A stretch of 64,000 bases of DNA from an uncultured Clostridia bacterium. GTDB lineage: Bacteria; Bacillota; Clostridia; Christensenellales; UBA1242. The position numbers and the translations under genes were made by a program. The notes below the pieces were generated by a model, which saw only the letters and a program-made list of their open reading frames with translations, had not been told where the DNA came from and did not search any database. Each line of letters begins with the position of its first letter. Position 1 is the first letter of the stretch. Where the stretch lies: contig CAKVHW010000001.1 in assembly GCA_934754495.1 (NCBI GenBank), positions 2,011 through 66,010 on the forward strand. The letters are read 5' to 3'. Positions 18,614 through 29,016 of the stretch are shown in pieces.

Positions 18614-21613
18614 TTAGTTAAAAAGATTCACTTTAATTGTAGGAATACTACCATCTGAAACATTCCAAATACTTGTATTTAAGAATTTCCAGTTGTTGGA
18701 CTTTTTCATTTCTGATTCAATAAGACCTTCATTTCCACCAAAACCACATTGATTATTGTCTTTTAGTTTTGATGATTTTAAGTAGTGGTAATTCTTAACA
18801 AAACCACAATTACGTTTTGAAAGGATTGGTTGTCTGTGAATATCATTAGCACTTGCACCATAACCTTTGCCTTTTGCATTTTCAGCAATTGAAACGACAT
18901 TGATTACAACACCACCTTCCTTAGAATTAGCATTATAACCAACGTGGTATACAATACCAGCATTGTTGCTACCAATCATCTTAACTTTTGAGTAAATGTT
19001 ACTAACGACACCCTTAGAAAGTTCGCAAACCACACCAGCAGTGTAAGTTCCGTTTAGTTTAACATCATCAACAGAACAAACATCTATAATGATTACATTT
19101 TCGCTTGTGTCAACACTAGCAGTATCATCCAATAAAATAACCCAAATATTGTTTGCAGCATTTAGTTGACAAGAATAACCAACGTTTGCACTACCAGCAA
19201 TACCACCTGCTTTGTAGCCATGAAGTGTGGAATTTTTAACATCACAGTAAATAATTTGTTTGTCTTGTGTTGCAAAGAATACAACACCAGCAACACCACC
19301 AACATAAGAGCCTTCGCTATTTCCAACAGTAATATTTGCTACTACACTAGCAGAAGAGATGCTTCCACATGTATAACCAGCAACACCGCCGGCATTGATA
19401 GTTCCTGTTTTTTCGTTGTTAATAACAACTGCACCATCGGCAACACCAGCAGTAACACCAATGATTGTGCCTTCGTTGTAACCAGAAACACCACCAACGT
19501 ATGCAGAATTAAAGTCTGATAATGTATTAATTTTTACATTATTTAAAGTAATTCTTTGTTTACCTTCAATTGTGCCAGCATTGTGACCAGCAATACCACC
19601 AAGTTCAAGTTTTCTTAACAAGCCATTAATAGTAACATTTGTTACACCACCCTTAGTGCTTACTTGACTAAGAGTTTCACTATAGCCATAAATTCGACCA
19701 GCATTATAACCAGCAACAGCACCGCCGTACACATTTGCATTAACTGTGCTATTGTTTATCATAAAGTTTGATATTTGACCATTGTTATAACCAGCAATTA
19801 CACCAGCATACTCGCCATTAATTTCACTATCTGTAATATATAGACCATCAATAATTGCACTACTACCTACATAGCCAAATAGTCCAGCATATTTGTTGCT
19901 ACCAGCAACTTTAAGATTTTTAAATTGAACACCACTGCTTACATAGATTTGACCATTAAATGGTTTTTCTTCTGTGCCAACTGGAGTCCAGTTAACGCCT
20001 GTAAAATCAACATCGCCAACTACCAACATTGTTGCGTCAAGGTTTGCATCTAGTAATGTTTTGAAATCATTGTAATTTCTTACAACATTTTGAACAATGC
20101 TTTGATTTTCAGCAGGACTAACTGCTTGGTCGCTGTAATTTAATACAGGGTAACCATTATTTTCACCAACTTTAATTTCCCAAACACTTGTATTCCAGTA
20201 ATATAGTTCTGGGTCTTCTTTAGTATAAGTTAAAGAACCACTAGAAAATGAATAGTTAATTTTACCAATACTTGCAGAGATTAATGTAGATAAGTCTTTT
20301 AGGTTTTCTGTTTCATTAGAAACTCTAGTAGAATATGAATTAAAGTCTGCATCTTTATTTCCAGCAACTTTAGCAATTCCGCTAACACCTGTTAGGTTTG
20401 CTTCATAGTAGTTACCAGTAATTACGTTGTAGAATGTGCCATCAGCACTTGTAGAGTCAGTTGTTGTACCAATTACAAAACCAACTTTATTTGCTTGAGC
20501 CTTAGTAGGAACAACAATGCTATAGCATTCTTGAACATAACCACCAAGGTCTAGCTTGTAACTTCCGCTACCTGTATTTTCAAGATATTTGTTTTCGCCA
20601 ACAATTCCGCCAAAAGCAAAGATTGCACTGTCATCAGTATTAACTGTACCGGTAGTATAACTAAACATAATTTTAGCACCAATGTTTGCACCAGCGATAC
20701 CACCAACAACACCTTTAATTCCGCTCTCACCATCTTTAGCACTTGCCATTGTAACAACGGCACTTGTTCTATCAATTACAGCAACTGATTTTTGTTCTCC
20801 AGTGTTAATAGATTTGTTTATACCAGCAATACCGCCAACATTTGCCATAGCCTTAACGCCATTGTAAATGCTAACACTCTTTACTTCTACTCTTGAAATT
20901 GTACCTTCGTTAATACCAGCAACTGTACCCATGTTAAGAGTATTTTCATTAGCAGTTATAACTGCGTTTTCAAACTTAACATTTTTAACAGTAGCAGTGC
21001 TTGCAAGTGAACTAAACAAACCAATGTTTTCGCCACCATTTACATACAAGTTTTCAATAGTATGACCGTTACCATTAAATGTGCCTTTAAGTTCAGGAAG
21101 TGGAGTCCAACTTCCGCCATTTTGGATATCAATAATAGTACCTAAGTCAATGCTATTAGAAAGTTCGTAGCATTTATCTAGTGTGTATAGTGGATTTGTG
21201 CCAATGCTAGCAAGTTCTTCAGCGCTTGAAATTCTAAAAGGATAACTTGCAGTACCATCACAAACGATAATATCACAACTTACATTTCTGAATTTTGCAT
21301 TATTTGTTTTAAACACAACCTTAGCTACACCACCACCAACAGCTTCGAATTCGCCAACTGCGGTTTTGCCGTTAATTTTAATATCGCCGTTAGTAACTTT
21401 AACAACGCTATCGTTGGTACTAAATACTTCAACTGTTGTGTATGAATTAGGGTCTTCCAAATCAAGACCAAGTTCAAACTTTTCATTAATATTTTTGTAT
21501 AATGATGCTGTTTTTAGTGAAATTACTTCGTTGTCTTTAACTAAATAAAAAACACCAAACCCTATTGAAACAGCAACGATTATAACAATAATTGTTGTTA
21601 AAAATTTTTTCAT
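18614..21613 (-). CDS. large membrane-anchored surface protein with Ig-like N-terminal domain and many GLUG-type repeats
   Basis: Start chosen at MKKFLTTIIVIIVAVSIGF (ATG 21613), preceded by GGGGGGAAAGGAAG. At least 10 motifs of the form GG(I/V)(A/V/S)G.N.G.I (VGGIAGINKS, VGGIAGANIG, FGGIVGENK, AGVIAGYNNGQI, GGAVAGYNAGRI, LGGIAGHNAGTI, VGGVSGYNEGTI, AGGVAGYTCGSI, VGGVAGVV, AGGIAGSANVG). Confidence 0.75.
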   Translation of the reverse strand: MKKFLTTIIVIIVAVSIGFGVFYLVKDNEVISLKTASLYKNINEKFELGLDLEDPNSYTTVEVFSTNDSVVKVTNGDIKINGKTAVGEFEAVGGGVAKVVFKTNNAKFRNVSCDIIVCDGTASYPFRISSAEELASIGTNPLYTLDKCYELSNSIDLGTIIDIQNGGSWTPLPELKGTFNGNGHTIENLYVNGGENIGLFSSLASTATVKNVKFENAVITANENTLNMGTVAGINEGTISRVEVKSVSIYNGVKAMANVGGIAGINKSINTGEQKSVAVIDRTSAVVTMASAKDGESGIKGVVGGIAGANIGAKIMFSYTTGTVNTDDSAIFAFGGIVGENKYLENTGSGSYKLDLGGYVQECYSIVVPTKAQANKVGFVIGTTTDSTSADGTFYNVITGNYYEANLTGVSGIAKVAGNKDADFNSYSTRVSNETENLKDLSTLISASIGKINYSFSSGSLTYTKEDPELYYWNTSVWEIKVGENNGYPVLNYSDQAVSPAENQSIVQNVVRNYNDFKTLLDANLDATMLVVGDVDFTGVNWTPVGTEEKPFNGQIYVSSGVQFKNLKVAGSNKYAGLFGYVGSSAIIDGLYITDSEINGEYAGVIAGYNNGQISNFMINNSTVNANVYGGAVAGYNAGRIYGYSETLSQVSTKGGVTNVTINGLLRKLELGGIAGHNAGTIEGKQRITLNNVKINTLSDFNSAYVGGVSGYNEGTIIGVTAGVADGAVVINNEKTGTINAGGVAGYTCGSISSASVVANITVGNSEGSYVGGVAGVVFFATQDKQIIYCDVKNSTLHGYKAGGIAGSANVGYSCQLNAANNIWVILLDDTASVDTSENVIIIDVCSVDDVKLNGTYTAGVVCELSKGVVSNIYSKVKMIGSNNAGIVYHVGYNANSKEGGVVINVVSIAENAKGKGYGASANDIHRQPILSKRNCGFVKNYHYLKSSKLKDNNQCGFGGNEGLIESEMKKSNNWKFLNTSIWNVSDGSIPTIKVNLFN

Positions 21614-21664
21614 AAAACTTCCTTTCCCCCCTTTAGTGATACAGTTAGTTTTTTTATTGCTATT

Positions 21665-21693
21665 ATTATATAATAAATCACCTATGTTGTCAA
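21665..21693 (-). promoter_or_regulatory. consensus sigma-A-type promoter for the GLUG-repeat gene
   Basis: Minus strand has TTGACA (21693-21688), a 17-nt spacer and TATAAT (21670-21665). Both hexamers are perfect. Confidence 0.6.
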
Positions 21694-21768
21694 TACCAAA
21701 TATCTTAAATAATTTGGTGCAAAAATACAAAAAAGCAACAAGAAAATCCTGTTGCTTTATTATGTGTT

Positions 21769-23112
21769 TTATTTAGTAATTGTAAGCAAAACTTCTCTAA
21801 TTCTGTTATCTTCAACCTTAGTAATTTTAAAAATCATCTTAATTGCGTTCTGCACAAGATTAGCATCGTCATCAATTGTTTCGTCAATTGTTTCAAAAGT
21901 TAGTTCTTGCCCAACATACGGCATACTTTCGGCAAGCTCGAATATAAAACCACCTATGGTAGAATATTGTGATTCAGGAAGGTGTTCTATTTCAAGCTGT
22001 TCAAACAAGTCTTTAATATCCATATCGGCATCAATCAAATATTGATTGTCGCTAATTTTTACAAGACTTTCCTTAACTTCTTCATCATCGTGTTCGTCAT
22101 AAATTTCGCCAAACATTTCTTCAATTGCATCTTCTAGTGTAATAATTCCACTTGTTCCACCATGCTCGTCAGCAATAACAGCCATGTGTTTTTTCTCTTT
22201 TTGCATTTTTCTAATAACATCGTCAAGTTTCATGTTTTCATTCAAAAACATAGGTTTTACCATAAGCTTTTTAATGTCAACCTTATCAGATTTTAGTAAT
22301 GCTGTAAAAAAGTCTTTTTGGCTTAAAATGCCCACAACATGGTCTATATCATCATCATATACTGGCATACGTGAATATTGTGTGTCCACAAAAACTTTTT
22401 TAATGTTTTCGTTGGTTTCATTTTGTTCCACAGCTATCACGTCTACCCTAGGTGTCATAACATCATAAGCGGTTTTTTCATTAAGGTCAAACACACCTTG
22501 TAAAAGTTGGGCATTATCTTGATCAATAACACCTTCCTCTTGCATTGTATCAATAATGCTTTCAAGTTCGTTTTCAGTGACTGTAGGAGCCTTATCTGTA
22601 TCTTTATTTTTCTTGAATGCACCTTGAAGTTTTTGGAATAAAAATGTAAGAGGTGTAAGTAGTTTCATTAAGAAAAACAACAAATTAGAATATCTTAATG
22701 CAGCCTTTTCCGGATTTAGTTTTGCCAAACACTTAGGTGTAATTTCACCAAAAATCAAAATGATAATGGTCATAACAACTGTATTTAAGAGGTTTGCTAG
22801 TGTTGGGCTAAGGACTGTTGTAGAAAGTATGTATGCGCATATTGTTGTGCTGGCAATGTTAACAAGGTTGTTGCCTACTAGTATTGTAATAATGGCTTTT
22901 TCGTAATGTTCACAAATATACAAAGCCTTTAGTGCGCCTTTTCTTTTTTCTTCGGCATATGTCTTCATTCTAAGTAAGTTTACACTTGAAAATGATGTTT
23001 CGGCGCTAGAAAAGAATGCCGAGCAAATTAGTAAAAAAATAACCACAACTGAAAGTATTATATCAACTTTCACTGTGTTTGAAATTGCTCCTAAAAACGG
23101 GAGTGGTTCCAC
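21769..23112 (-). CDS. CNNM/TlyC-family membrane protein (DUF21 + CBS pair + CorC_HlyC)
   Basis: 447 aa. N-terminal 4-TM DUF21 (FFSSAETSFSS), CBS region, and C-terminal transporter-associated domain. GTG start with AAGGAG 9 nt upstream. Confidence 0.8.
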   Translation of the reverse strand: MEPLPFLGAISNTVKVDIILSVVVIFLLICSAFFSSAETSFSSVNLLRMKTYAEEKRKGALKALYICEHYEKAIITILVGNNLVNIASTTICAYILSTTVLSPTLANLLNTVVMTIIILIFGEITPKCLAKLNPEKAALRYSNLLFFLMKLLTPLTFLFQKLQGAFKKNKDTDKAPTVTENELESIIDTMQEEGVIDQDNAQLLQGVFDLNEKTAYDVMTPRVDVIAVEQNETNENIKKVFVDTQYSRMPVYDDDIDHVVGILSQKDFFTALLKSDKVDIKKLMVKPMFLNENMKLDDVIRKMQKEKKHMAVIADEHGGTSGIITLEDAIEEMFGEIYDEHDDEEVKESLVKISDNQYLIDADMDIKDLFEQLEIEHLPESQYSTIGGFIFELAESMPYVGQELTFETIDETIDDDANLVQNAIKMIFKITKVEDNRIREVLLTITK

Positions 23113-23223
23113 TTTTAAAAATCTCCTTAAAATTTAATAATGATAATATATCTTATCATATATTTATGAGATTGTAAAGGGGTTTGATATTTTTAATAGC
23201 CATTCTTTAACAACACAAAGTTA

Positions 23224-23252
23224 TTTACAATCTTGAAATTTTAGGTTATAAT
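23224..23252 (+). promoter_or_regulatory. sigma-A-type promoter for the dnaD/dnaB-like - dnaI operon
   Basis: TTTACA (23224-23229), 17-nt spacer, TATAAT (23247-23252). Confidence 0.5.
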
Positions 23253-23267
23253 AATCTTGAAATTTTA
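23229..23267 (+). repeat. perfect 15-bp direct repeat flanking the -10 element
   Basis: AATCTTGAAATTTTA occurs at 23229-23243 and again at 23253-23267 (period 24 bp). Confidence 0.8.
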
Positions 23268-23283
23268 TTATGGGAGTTTAGCA

Positions 23284-24726
23284 ATGGCTTTTTGTAATTT
23301 TTCGGGCGAATTTATTAAAAACAGTACAATCCAAATTGACAGCAACTTTTTTACACAGTTTTTGCCATATGTGAGTGATGCCAGCCTTAAGGTGTATATG
23401 TTTGGGCTATATTGTTGCAACAATTCTAATTCTAAGGACAATTCTCTTGCTAAATTTAGTGCTATTTTAAATCTTAGCGAAGAAGACATTATAAGCTGTT
23501 TTTATGAATGGGAAGAACTTGGCCTTGTTACCATTGTTCAAAAAAATCCTTTTGAAGTAAGATATTTACCTATTTCAAATGGGTCAATTAGACTTAAAAA
23601 ATTCAACACCAAAAAATACACTGCCTTTAACACTAAAATGTTGGAATTACTTAGCCGTGACATTACTCCACTTGAATTTAACGAGTACTACACCACCATT
23701 GAAAGCCTTCACATAGAACCTGACGCACTTATTATGATAACAAAATATTGTGTAGATCTTAAAGGAAGTGATGTAGGTTACCCTTATATTTTGAATGTTG
23801 CAAAGAAATGGATTTATGACGGAATTCGCACATGCGAAGATGTTGAAAACCGCCTTATGGAACAAGAGAAAAACACAAGCGGTCTTAACGATATTTTAAA
23901 AGCAATGGGAATTAAACGAAACCCTAGTGCTGACGAATATCAAAGTTATCTTACTTGGCTAAACAAAATGGAACTTAGCAACGAGATGATAACATACATT
24001 GCAAGCAAGTTTTGTAAAAAAGGTGGATTTTCAAAATTAGAAAACCTTGTTGAAAAATGCTACAACAAAAAATTGTTTAGCATTAAAGAGATTAACGACT
24101 ACTTTGCCATGGAAAACGATTACTACGACACAGCAAAGCAAGTTTGCAAAAACTTAGGTCAGTACTACTCCAACCTAGAACCTGTTGTTGAAAATTACAT
24201 AACAAAATGGGCAGCAATGGGATTTGATAAAGACACAATTTTAAAACTTTCAAATTATTGTTTTAAAATTTGCATTTACACCCTAGACGGAATGAATAGC
24301 AAGATTACCCAACTTGCGGACAAAAACTTATTTTCAATTTCTGACATTGACAACTCAATTGCCGAACTTATCAAAAAAGATAGCCAAATAAAAACCATAC
24401 TTTCCAAACTTGGAATTGAAAGAAATGTTATTGCCAGCGACCGCCAACTATTTAAAATATGGACACTTGATTGGCAACTTCCTGATGATGTAATAGATTA
24501 TGCTTGCACACTTGCTTGTGATAAATATATGCCAATGCAATATTTACATCGCATTTTGTCGCAATACCATAGCGGAAATGTAAAAACTGTTGATGACGCT
24601 AAAAAGATTAAGACCAACGACTTTAATTCAAAGCCTAGCACTCCAAGTAAAAAGGTTGAATCAAGAGATTATTCTCAAAAGGAACTTAACTCACTATTTG
24701 ATAATATTACGGAGGTGGAACTATAA
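23284..24726 (+). CDS. replication initiation/membrane attachment protein (DnaD-domain, Bacillus DnaB-type)
   Basis: About 480 aa upstream of, and touching, dnaI. Repeated DnaD-like helical modules (...YPYILNVAKKWIYDGIRT..., ...ENYITKWAAMGF...). GGGAG RBS lies 7 nt before ATG 23284; the ORF track starts at TTG 23257. Confidence 0.7.
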   Translation: MAFCNFSGEFIKNSTIQIDSNFFTQFLPYVSDASLKVYMFGLYCCNNSNSKDNSLAKFSAILNLSEEDIISCFYEWEELGLVTIVQKNPFEVRYLPISNGSIRLKKFNTKKYTAFNTKMLELLSRDITPLEFNEYYTTIESLHIEPDALIMITKYCVDLKGSDVGYPYILNVAKKWIYDGIRTCEDVENRLMEQEKNTSGLNDILKAMGIKRNPSADEYQSYLTWLNKMELSNEMITYIASKFCKKGGFSKLENLVEKCYNKKLFSIKEINDYFAMENDYYDTAKQVCKNLGQYYSNLEPVVENYITKWAAMGFDKDTILKLSNYCFKICIYTLDGMNSKITQLADKNLFSISDIDNSIAELIKKDSQIKTILSKLGIERNVIASDRQLFKIWTLDWQLPDDVIDYACTLACDKYMPMQYLHRILSQYHSGNVKTVDDAKKIKTNDFNSKPSTPSKKVESRDYSQKELNSLFDNITEVEL

Positions 24727-25667
24727 TGGACGCAATTGAAAAACTAAAAGATGTATTCAACAAAAAAAGAACAGACGCCGAATACACTGCCACCCTAAAC
24801 AAATACAAAGTTTTTGAAAACCCAGAATTTAAAAAACTTTATAACGAATGCAAGCAACTTTCACTTGATGTAGCTAAGGAAGAATATCTTCATAAAGACG
24901 CAACAGTATCACGCAATGCATTTAAAAAACTAAAAGCCGAACTTTATTCAAAACTAGAAAAGGCTGGCATTAATATTAAATCATTATATCCTCAATACGA
25001 GTGCAACAAATGCCACGACACAGGGCTTACTAAAAACGGCTACTGCGATTGTTTTAAAAAAGAACTTTCAAAACTATTATTAAGCGAAAGCGGACTTTCT
25101 GACAAAAACTTACCAGATTTTGACAATATTAAAACCGATATTATCACAAACAAACAACAAAAGAGCGAATATACAAATGTTAGTGCTCTACTTAAGGAAT
25201 ATATTAATATAATTCCAAATAACACAAAACATGTAATTACTCTTATTGGTGAAGTAGGAGTAGGCAAAACATATTTATTAAAAGCATGTGTAAATGAAGC
25301 CATAAAAAAAGAATTGTATTGCTATTACACCACAGCATTTGCACTTAACCAAGATATGTTAAAATATCACCTAAGCGACCTAGAAGGAAAAGATGCTGTA
25401 ATAAGAAAATATTTAGATTGCGACCTACTTTGCATTGACGACTTAGGCACTGAAAACACAATTAAAAATGTCACCGTGGAATATCTGTATTTTATTATCA
25501 ACGAAAGATTGCAATCAAACAAAAATACAATTATCACAACAAACCTTACTCCTCAACAAATCATGCAAAACTACGATGAACGTATATTTAGCAGAATTGC
25601 AAACAAAAAAGACTGCATTCTAATAAATATGACTGGCGATGACCTAAGACTAAAAAGCGGAAAATAA
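24726..25667 (+). CDS. dnaI: primosomal helicase loader DnaI (AAA+, IstB-like)
   Basis: N-terminal Zn module CNKCHDTGL..GYCDC, Walker A GEVGVGKTYL and Walker B LLCIDDLGTE. GGAGGTGG RBS. Confidence 0.85.
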   Translation: MDAIEKLKDVFNKKRTDAEYTATLNKYKVFENPEFKKLYNECKQLSLDVAKEEYLHKDATVSRNAFKKLKAELYSKLEKAGINIKSLYPQYECNKCHDTGLTKNGYCDCFKKELSKLLLSESGLSDKNLPDFDNIKTDIITNKQQKSEYTNVSALLKEYINIIPNNTKHVITLIGEVGVGKTYLLKACVNEAIKKELYCYYTTAFALNQDMLKYHLSDLEGKDAVIRKYLDCDLLCIDDLGTENTIKNVTVEYLYFIINERLQSNKNTIITTNLTPQQIMQNYDERIFSRIANKKDCILINMTGDDLRLKSGK

Positions 25668-25738
25668 AATCAATATTTTACATTAATTAAGTAATTTTAA
25701 TAATTTAGTTGTTTTAATTAATATCAATTATAATCAAC

Positions 25739-25772
25739 AAAAAAAGACTATCAAAACGATAGTCTTTTTTTT
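25739..25772. terminator. bidirectional intrinsic terminator
   Basis: AGACTATC-loop-GATAGTCT (25745-25765) flanked by an A-run and a T8 run. Confidence 0.75.
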
Positions 25773-25865
25773 GTAGCATTCATCGTAACTGCTTTAGTAC
25801 TTATACCTACTTTTAATATTTATTGATGTTAATTTTTATATGCTTTATTAGAAGTATCATTGTTT

Positions 25866-27257
25866 TTAGTATTCGCAGTTGTTTGGAGTACGTGGGAAAG
25901 GAATAGAATCTCTAATGTTTTCCACACCAGTAAGATACATTACAAGTCTTTCAAATCCCATACCAAAACCAGAGTGCTCTACACCACCAAACTTTCTAAG
26001 GTTTAGATACCACTCAATAGGTTTAGTATCAACATGCATTTCTTCACAACGTTTAATTGTTTTTTCATAATCTTCTTCACGTTGACTTCCGCCCATAAGT
26101 TCGCCAGAACCAGGTACTTCTAGATCAACTGCCGCAACAGTCTTTCCATCTGGGTTTAATTTCATGTAATATGCCTTAATATCTTTTGGCCAGTTTTTAA
26201 TAAACACAGGACCACCAAAATATTCAGTAATATACTTCTCATGTTCTTTGGCAATATCGCCACCTTCTTCAGGTTCGAATTCCCATTTAACTTTAGCATT
26301 CTTAAGTAGTTTAATAACATCTGCATGGTCAATTCTTACAAAGTCACTATTAACAACTTTGTGCAATTTATCTAGCAAACCTTTTTCAACAAAACTATTT
26401 AAAAATTCCATTTCTTGTGGACATGCTTCTAGCACATAATTAATAACATGCTTTAGCATATCTTCTTCAATATCCATAAGTTGGTCTAAGTCGCAGAATG
26501 CAATTTCAGGTTCTATCATCCAAAATTCATTTGCATGAGTTTTTGTATTGCTATTTTCTGTACGGAAAGTTGGGCCAAAGGTGTAAATTTTACTAAATGC
26601 CATAGCATATGCTTCACCATGAAGTTGTCCACTACCAGTAATGTATGCTTTTTTGCCAAAAAGGTCTTTACTTGTGTCAAGAGAACCATCTTTAGCAATT
26701 GGTGGCTTTTCAAAGTTTAGGGTTGTTATCTTAAACATTTGATCGCTACCTTCGCAGTCGGTAGTAGTAATAAGTGGAGTGTGAACATACACATAACCAT
26801 GTTTTTGGAAGTAATCGTGAATGGCCATAGCAGCCACACTTCTTACTCTAAACACCGCGCTAAACATATTAGTACGTGGTCTAAGATATGCTTGCTCTCT
26901 TAAAAATTCTAGACTATGACCTTTCTTTTGAAGTGGGTATGTGTTGTCAGTAGGTGTAATTACACTAACCACACTTGCATGAAGCTCAAAAGGTTGTTTT
27001 GCTTCTGGAGTAAGCACAAGTTTTCCTTCAACTGCCACCGATGTGCCAGCATTAAGTTTACTTACTTCAGAATAGTTTGTAATGTCATTAGCATTAAGCA
27101 CCACTTGAAGTCCTTTAAAACAAGTTCCGTCATTAAGGTCCATAAAGCCAAATGTTTTTAAATCTCTTACAGATTTTACCCAGCCAGCAACAGTAATTGG
27201 CTTATCGGTATAATCCATATACTTTTTGTATATTTCAACAATATCTGTTTTTTTCAT
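25866..27257 (-). CDS. asnS: asparagine--tRNA ligase
   Basis: 463 aa. OB-fold N-terminus (VAGWVKSVRD), class IIb core, and C-terminal FPRTPNNCEY typical of AsnRS. Confidence 0.9.
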   Translation of the reverse strand: MKKTDIVEIYKKYMDYTDKPITVAGWVKSVRDLKTFGFMDLNDGTCFKGLQVVLNANDITNYSEVSKLNAGTSVAVEGKLVLTPEAKQPFELHASVVSVITPTDNTYPLQKKGHSLEFLREQAYLRPRTNMFSAVFRVRSVAAMAIHDYFQKHGYVYVHTPLITTTDCEGSDQMFKITTLNFEKPPIAKDGSLDTSKDLFGKKAYITGSGQLHGEAYAMAFSKIYTFGPTFRTENSNTKTHANEFWMIEPEIAFCDLDQLMDIEEDMLKHVINYVLEACPQEMEFLNSFVEKGLLDKLHKVVNSDFVRIDHADVIKLLKNAKVKWEFEPEEGGDIAKEHEKYITEYFGGPVFIKNWPKDIKAYYMKLNPDGKTVAAVDLEVPGSGELMGGSQREEDYEKTIKRCEEMHVDTKPIEWYLNLRKFGGVEHSGFGMGFERLVMYLTGVENIRDSIPFPRTPNNCEY

Positions 27258-27260
27258 AAA

Positions 27261-29006
27261 TTACTCCTTTTCTTTAATAAGTTGAAGTCCAACATCTTTT
27301 AATTGTTGTTCGGTCACCCTACTTGGAGCACCCATCATAAGGTCTCTAGCATTTTTGTTCATAGGGAATGCAATAACTTCTCTAATAATATCCTTTTGAG
27401 TAACAAGCATTAGCAAGCGGTCGAAACCGAATGCACAACCAGCATGGGGAGGTGCACCATATGAGAATGCATTATATAATGCCCCAAATTTACTCTTAAC
27501 AGTATCTTCATTATATCCAACCATTTCAAAAGCCTTAACCATAAGTTCTTGGTCGTGGTTTCTAACTGCACCACTAAGAGATTCATACCCATTAATAACA
27601 AGGTCAAATTGATATGCCAAAATGTCAAGTGGATTTTTTTCAAGCAATGCTTTCATTCCGCCTTGTGGCATACTAAATGGATTGTGTGCAAAGTCTAAGT
27701 TTCCAGTATCTTCGTTGATTTCAAAGAATGGGAAATTATCTACCCAACAGAAAGCAACTTTGTTTTTATCAATCAATCCTAGGCTTTCACCAAGTTCGTT
27801 TCGAAGCACATTAGCAAGTTTAATTACAAGCGGTTTTTCATCAGCAACAATAAATATGCTTTCTCCACCTTTTAAATCAAATTCTTTTATTAAATCAGTT
27901 TTATTTTTATCGGTTAGGAATTTAACAATACTACCACTAAATTCGCCATCAGCATATTTTAGCCAAGCAAGACCCTTACCTTCATAACTTACAATTAGTT
28001 TGCCAAGTTCGTCATAGTATTTCCTAGACTTTTCCCCCGCATTAGCACTTATGGCTTTAATGGTTTTACCTTTAAATGCATTAAATTCGGTGTCAGCAAA
28101 AATGTTTGTAATATTATGCACAATAAGTGGGTTTCTTAAGTCTGGCTTATCACTACAATATTTTTCAATTGCTTCACGATATGGAATATGCACAAATGGT
28201 GCTTTTGAAATTTCAAAATCTGTAAATTCTTTAAACAATGCGGTTGCAAATTCTTCGCATGCACTCATAACATCTTCTTGAGTTGCAAAACTCATTTCCA
28301 TATCTATTTGATAAAATTCACCTGGGGTACGGTCAGCACGAGCGGCTTCATTTCTAAAACAAGGTGCAATTTGGAAATATTTATCAAAACCACTAACCAT
28401 TAAAAGTTGTTTGAATTGTTGTGGTGCTTGTGGAAGTGCATAAAATTCGCCTGGTGCATTAATTGTAGGAACAATATAATCTCTTGCTCCTTCTGGACTC
28501 GAACTTGTAAGGATTGGAGTTTGAACTTCCAAAAATCCCATTTCGGTCAATTTGTTTCTAGCAAAATTTAACATCTTTGCACGTTTTACAATAAGTTCGT
28601 GAGTGTCTGGATTTCTAAGGTCAAGATATCTATATTTTAATCTAAGTTCTTCCTTAGTATTTGGCGCATCGGCAATTTCAAAAGGCAAAACACTTTGACA
28701 TTTGCCTAGCACTGTAAGGCTATTTACTTCTACTTCAATATCACCTGTTTCCATTTTAGGGTTTTTACTATATCTTTCTAGCACTGTACCACTTACTGAA
28801 ATTGTGCTTTCCTTATTAACACCATTAATCATGTTTTCGTCTTTCAACACTAGTTGGGTAAGTCCAAAGTGGTCACGAAGTGTAACAAATGTAAGTCCGC
28901 CAAGTTTTCTTATGCTATTCACCCAACCGGCTAGTCTAACACTTTTACCCACATCGCTCATTCTAAGCTCGCCACAATTATGTGTTTTGTAAATATTTTC
29001 TTTCAT
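27261..29006 (-). CDS. aspS: aspartate--tRNA ligase (bacterial type with insertion domain)
   Basis: 581 aa with RLAGWVNSIRKLGGLTFVTLRD, QSPQ-like PQAPQQFKQLLM, FRNEAARADR and GAPPHAGCAFGFDRL. Confidence 0.95.
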   Translation of the reverse strand: MKENIYKTHNCGELRMSDVGKSVRLAGWVNSIRKLGGLTFVTLRDHFGLTQLVLKDENMINGVNKESTISVSGTVLERYSKNPKMETGDIEVEVNSLTVLGKCQSVLPFEIADAPNTKEELRLKYRYLDLRNPDTHELIVKRAKMLNFARNKLTEMGFLEVQTPILTSSSPEGARDYIVPTINAPGEFYALPQAPQQFKQLLMVSGFDKYFQIAPCFRNEAARADRTPGEFYQIDMEMSFATQEDVMSACEEFATALFKEFTDFEISKAPFVHIPYREAIEKYCSDKPDLRNPLIVHNITNIFADTEFNAFKGKTIKAISANAGEKSRKYYDELGKLIVSYEGKGLAWLKYADGEFSGSIVKFLTDKNKTDLIKEFDLKGGESIFIVADEKPLVIKLANVLRNELGESLGLIDKNKVAFCWVDNFPFFEINEDTGNLDFAHNPFSMPQGGMKALLEKNPLDILAYQFDLVINGYESLSGAVRNHDQELMVKAFEMVGYNEDTVKSKFGALYNAFSYGAPPHAGCAFGFDRLLMLVTQKDIIREVIAFPMNKNARDLMMGAPSRVTEQQLKDVGLQLIKEKE

Positions 29007-29016
29007 ATTTTCTCCT

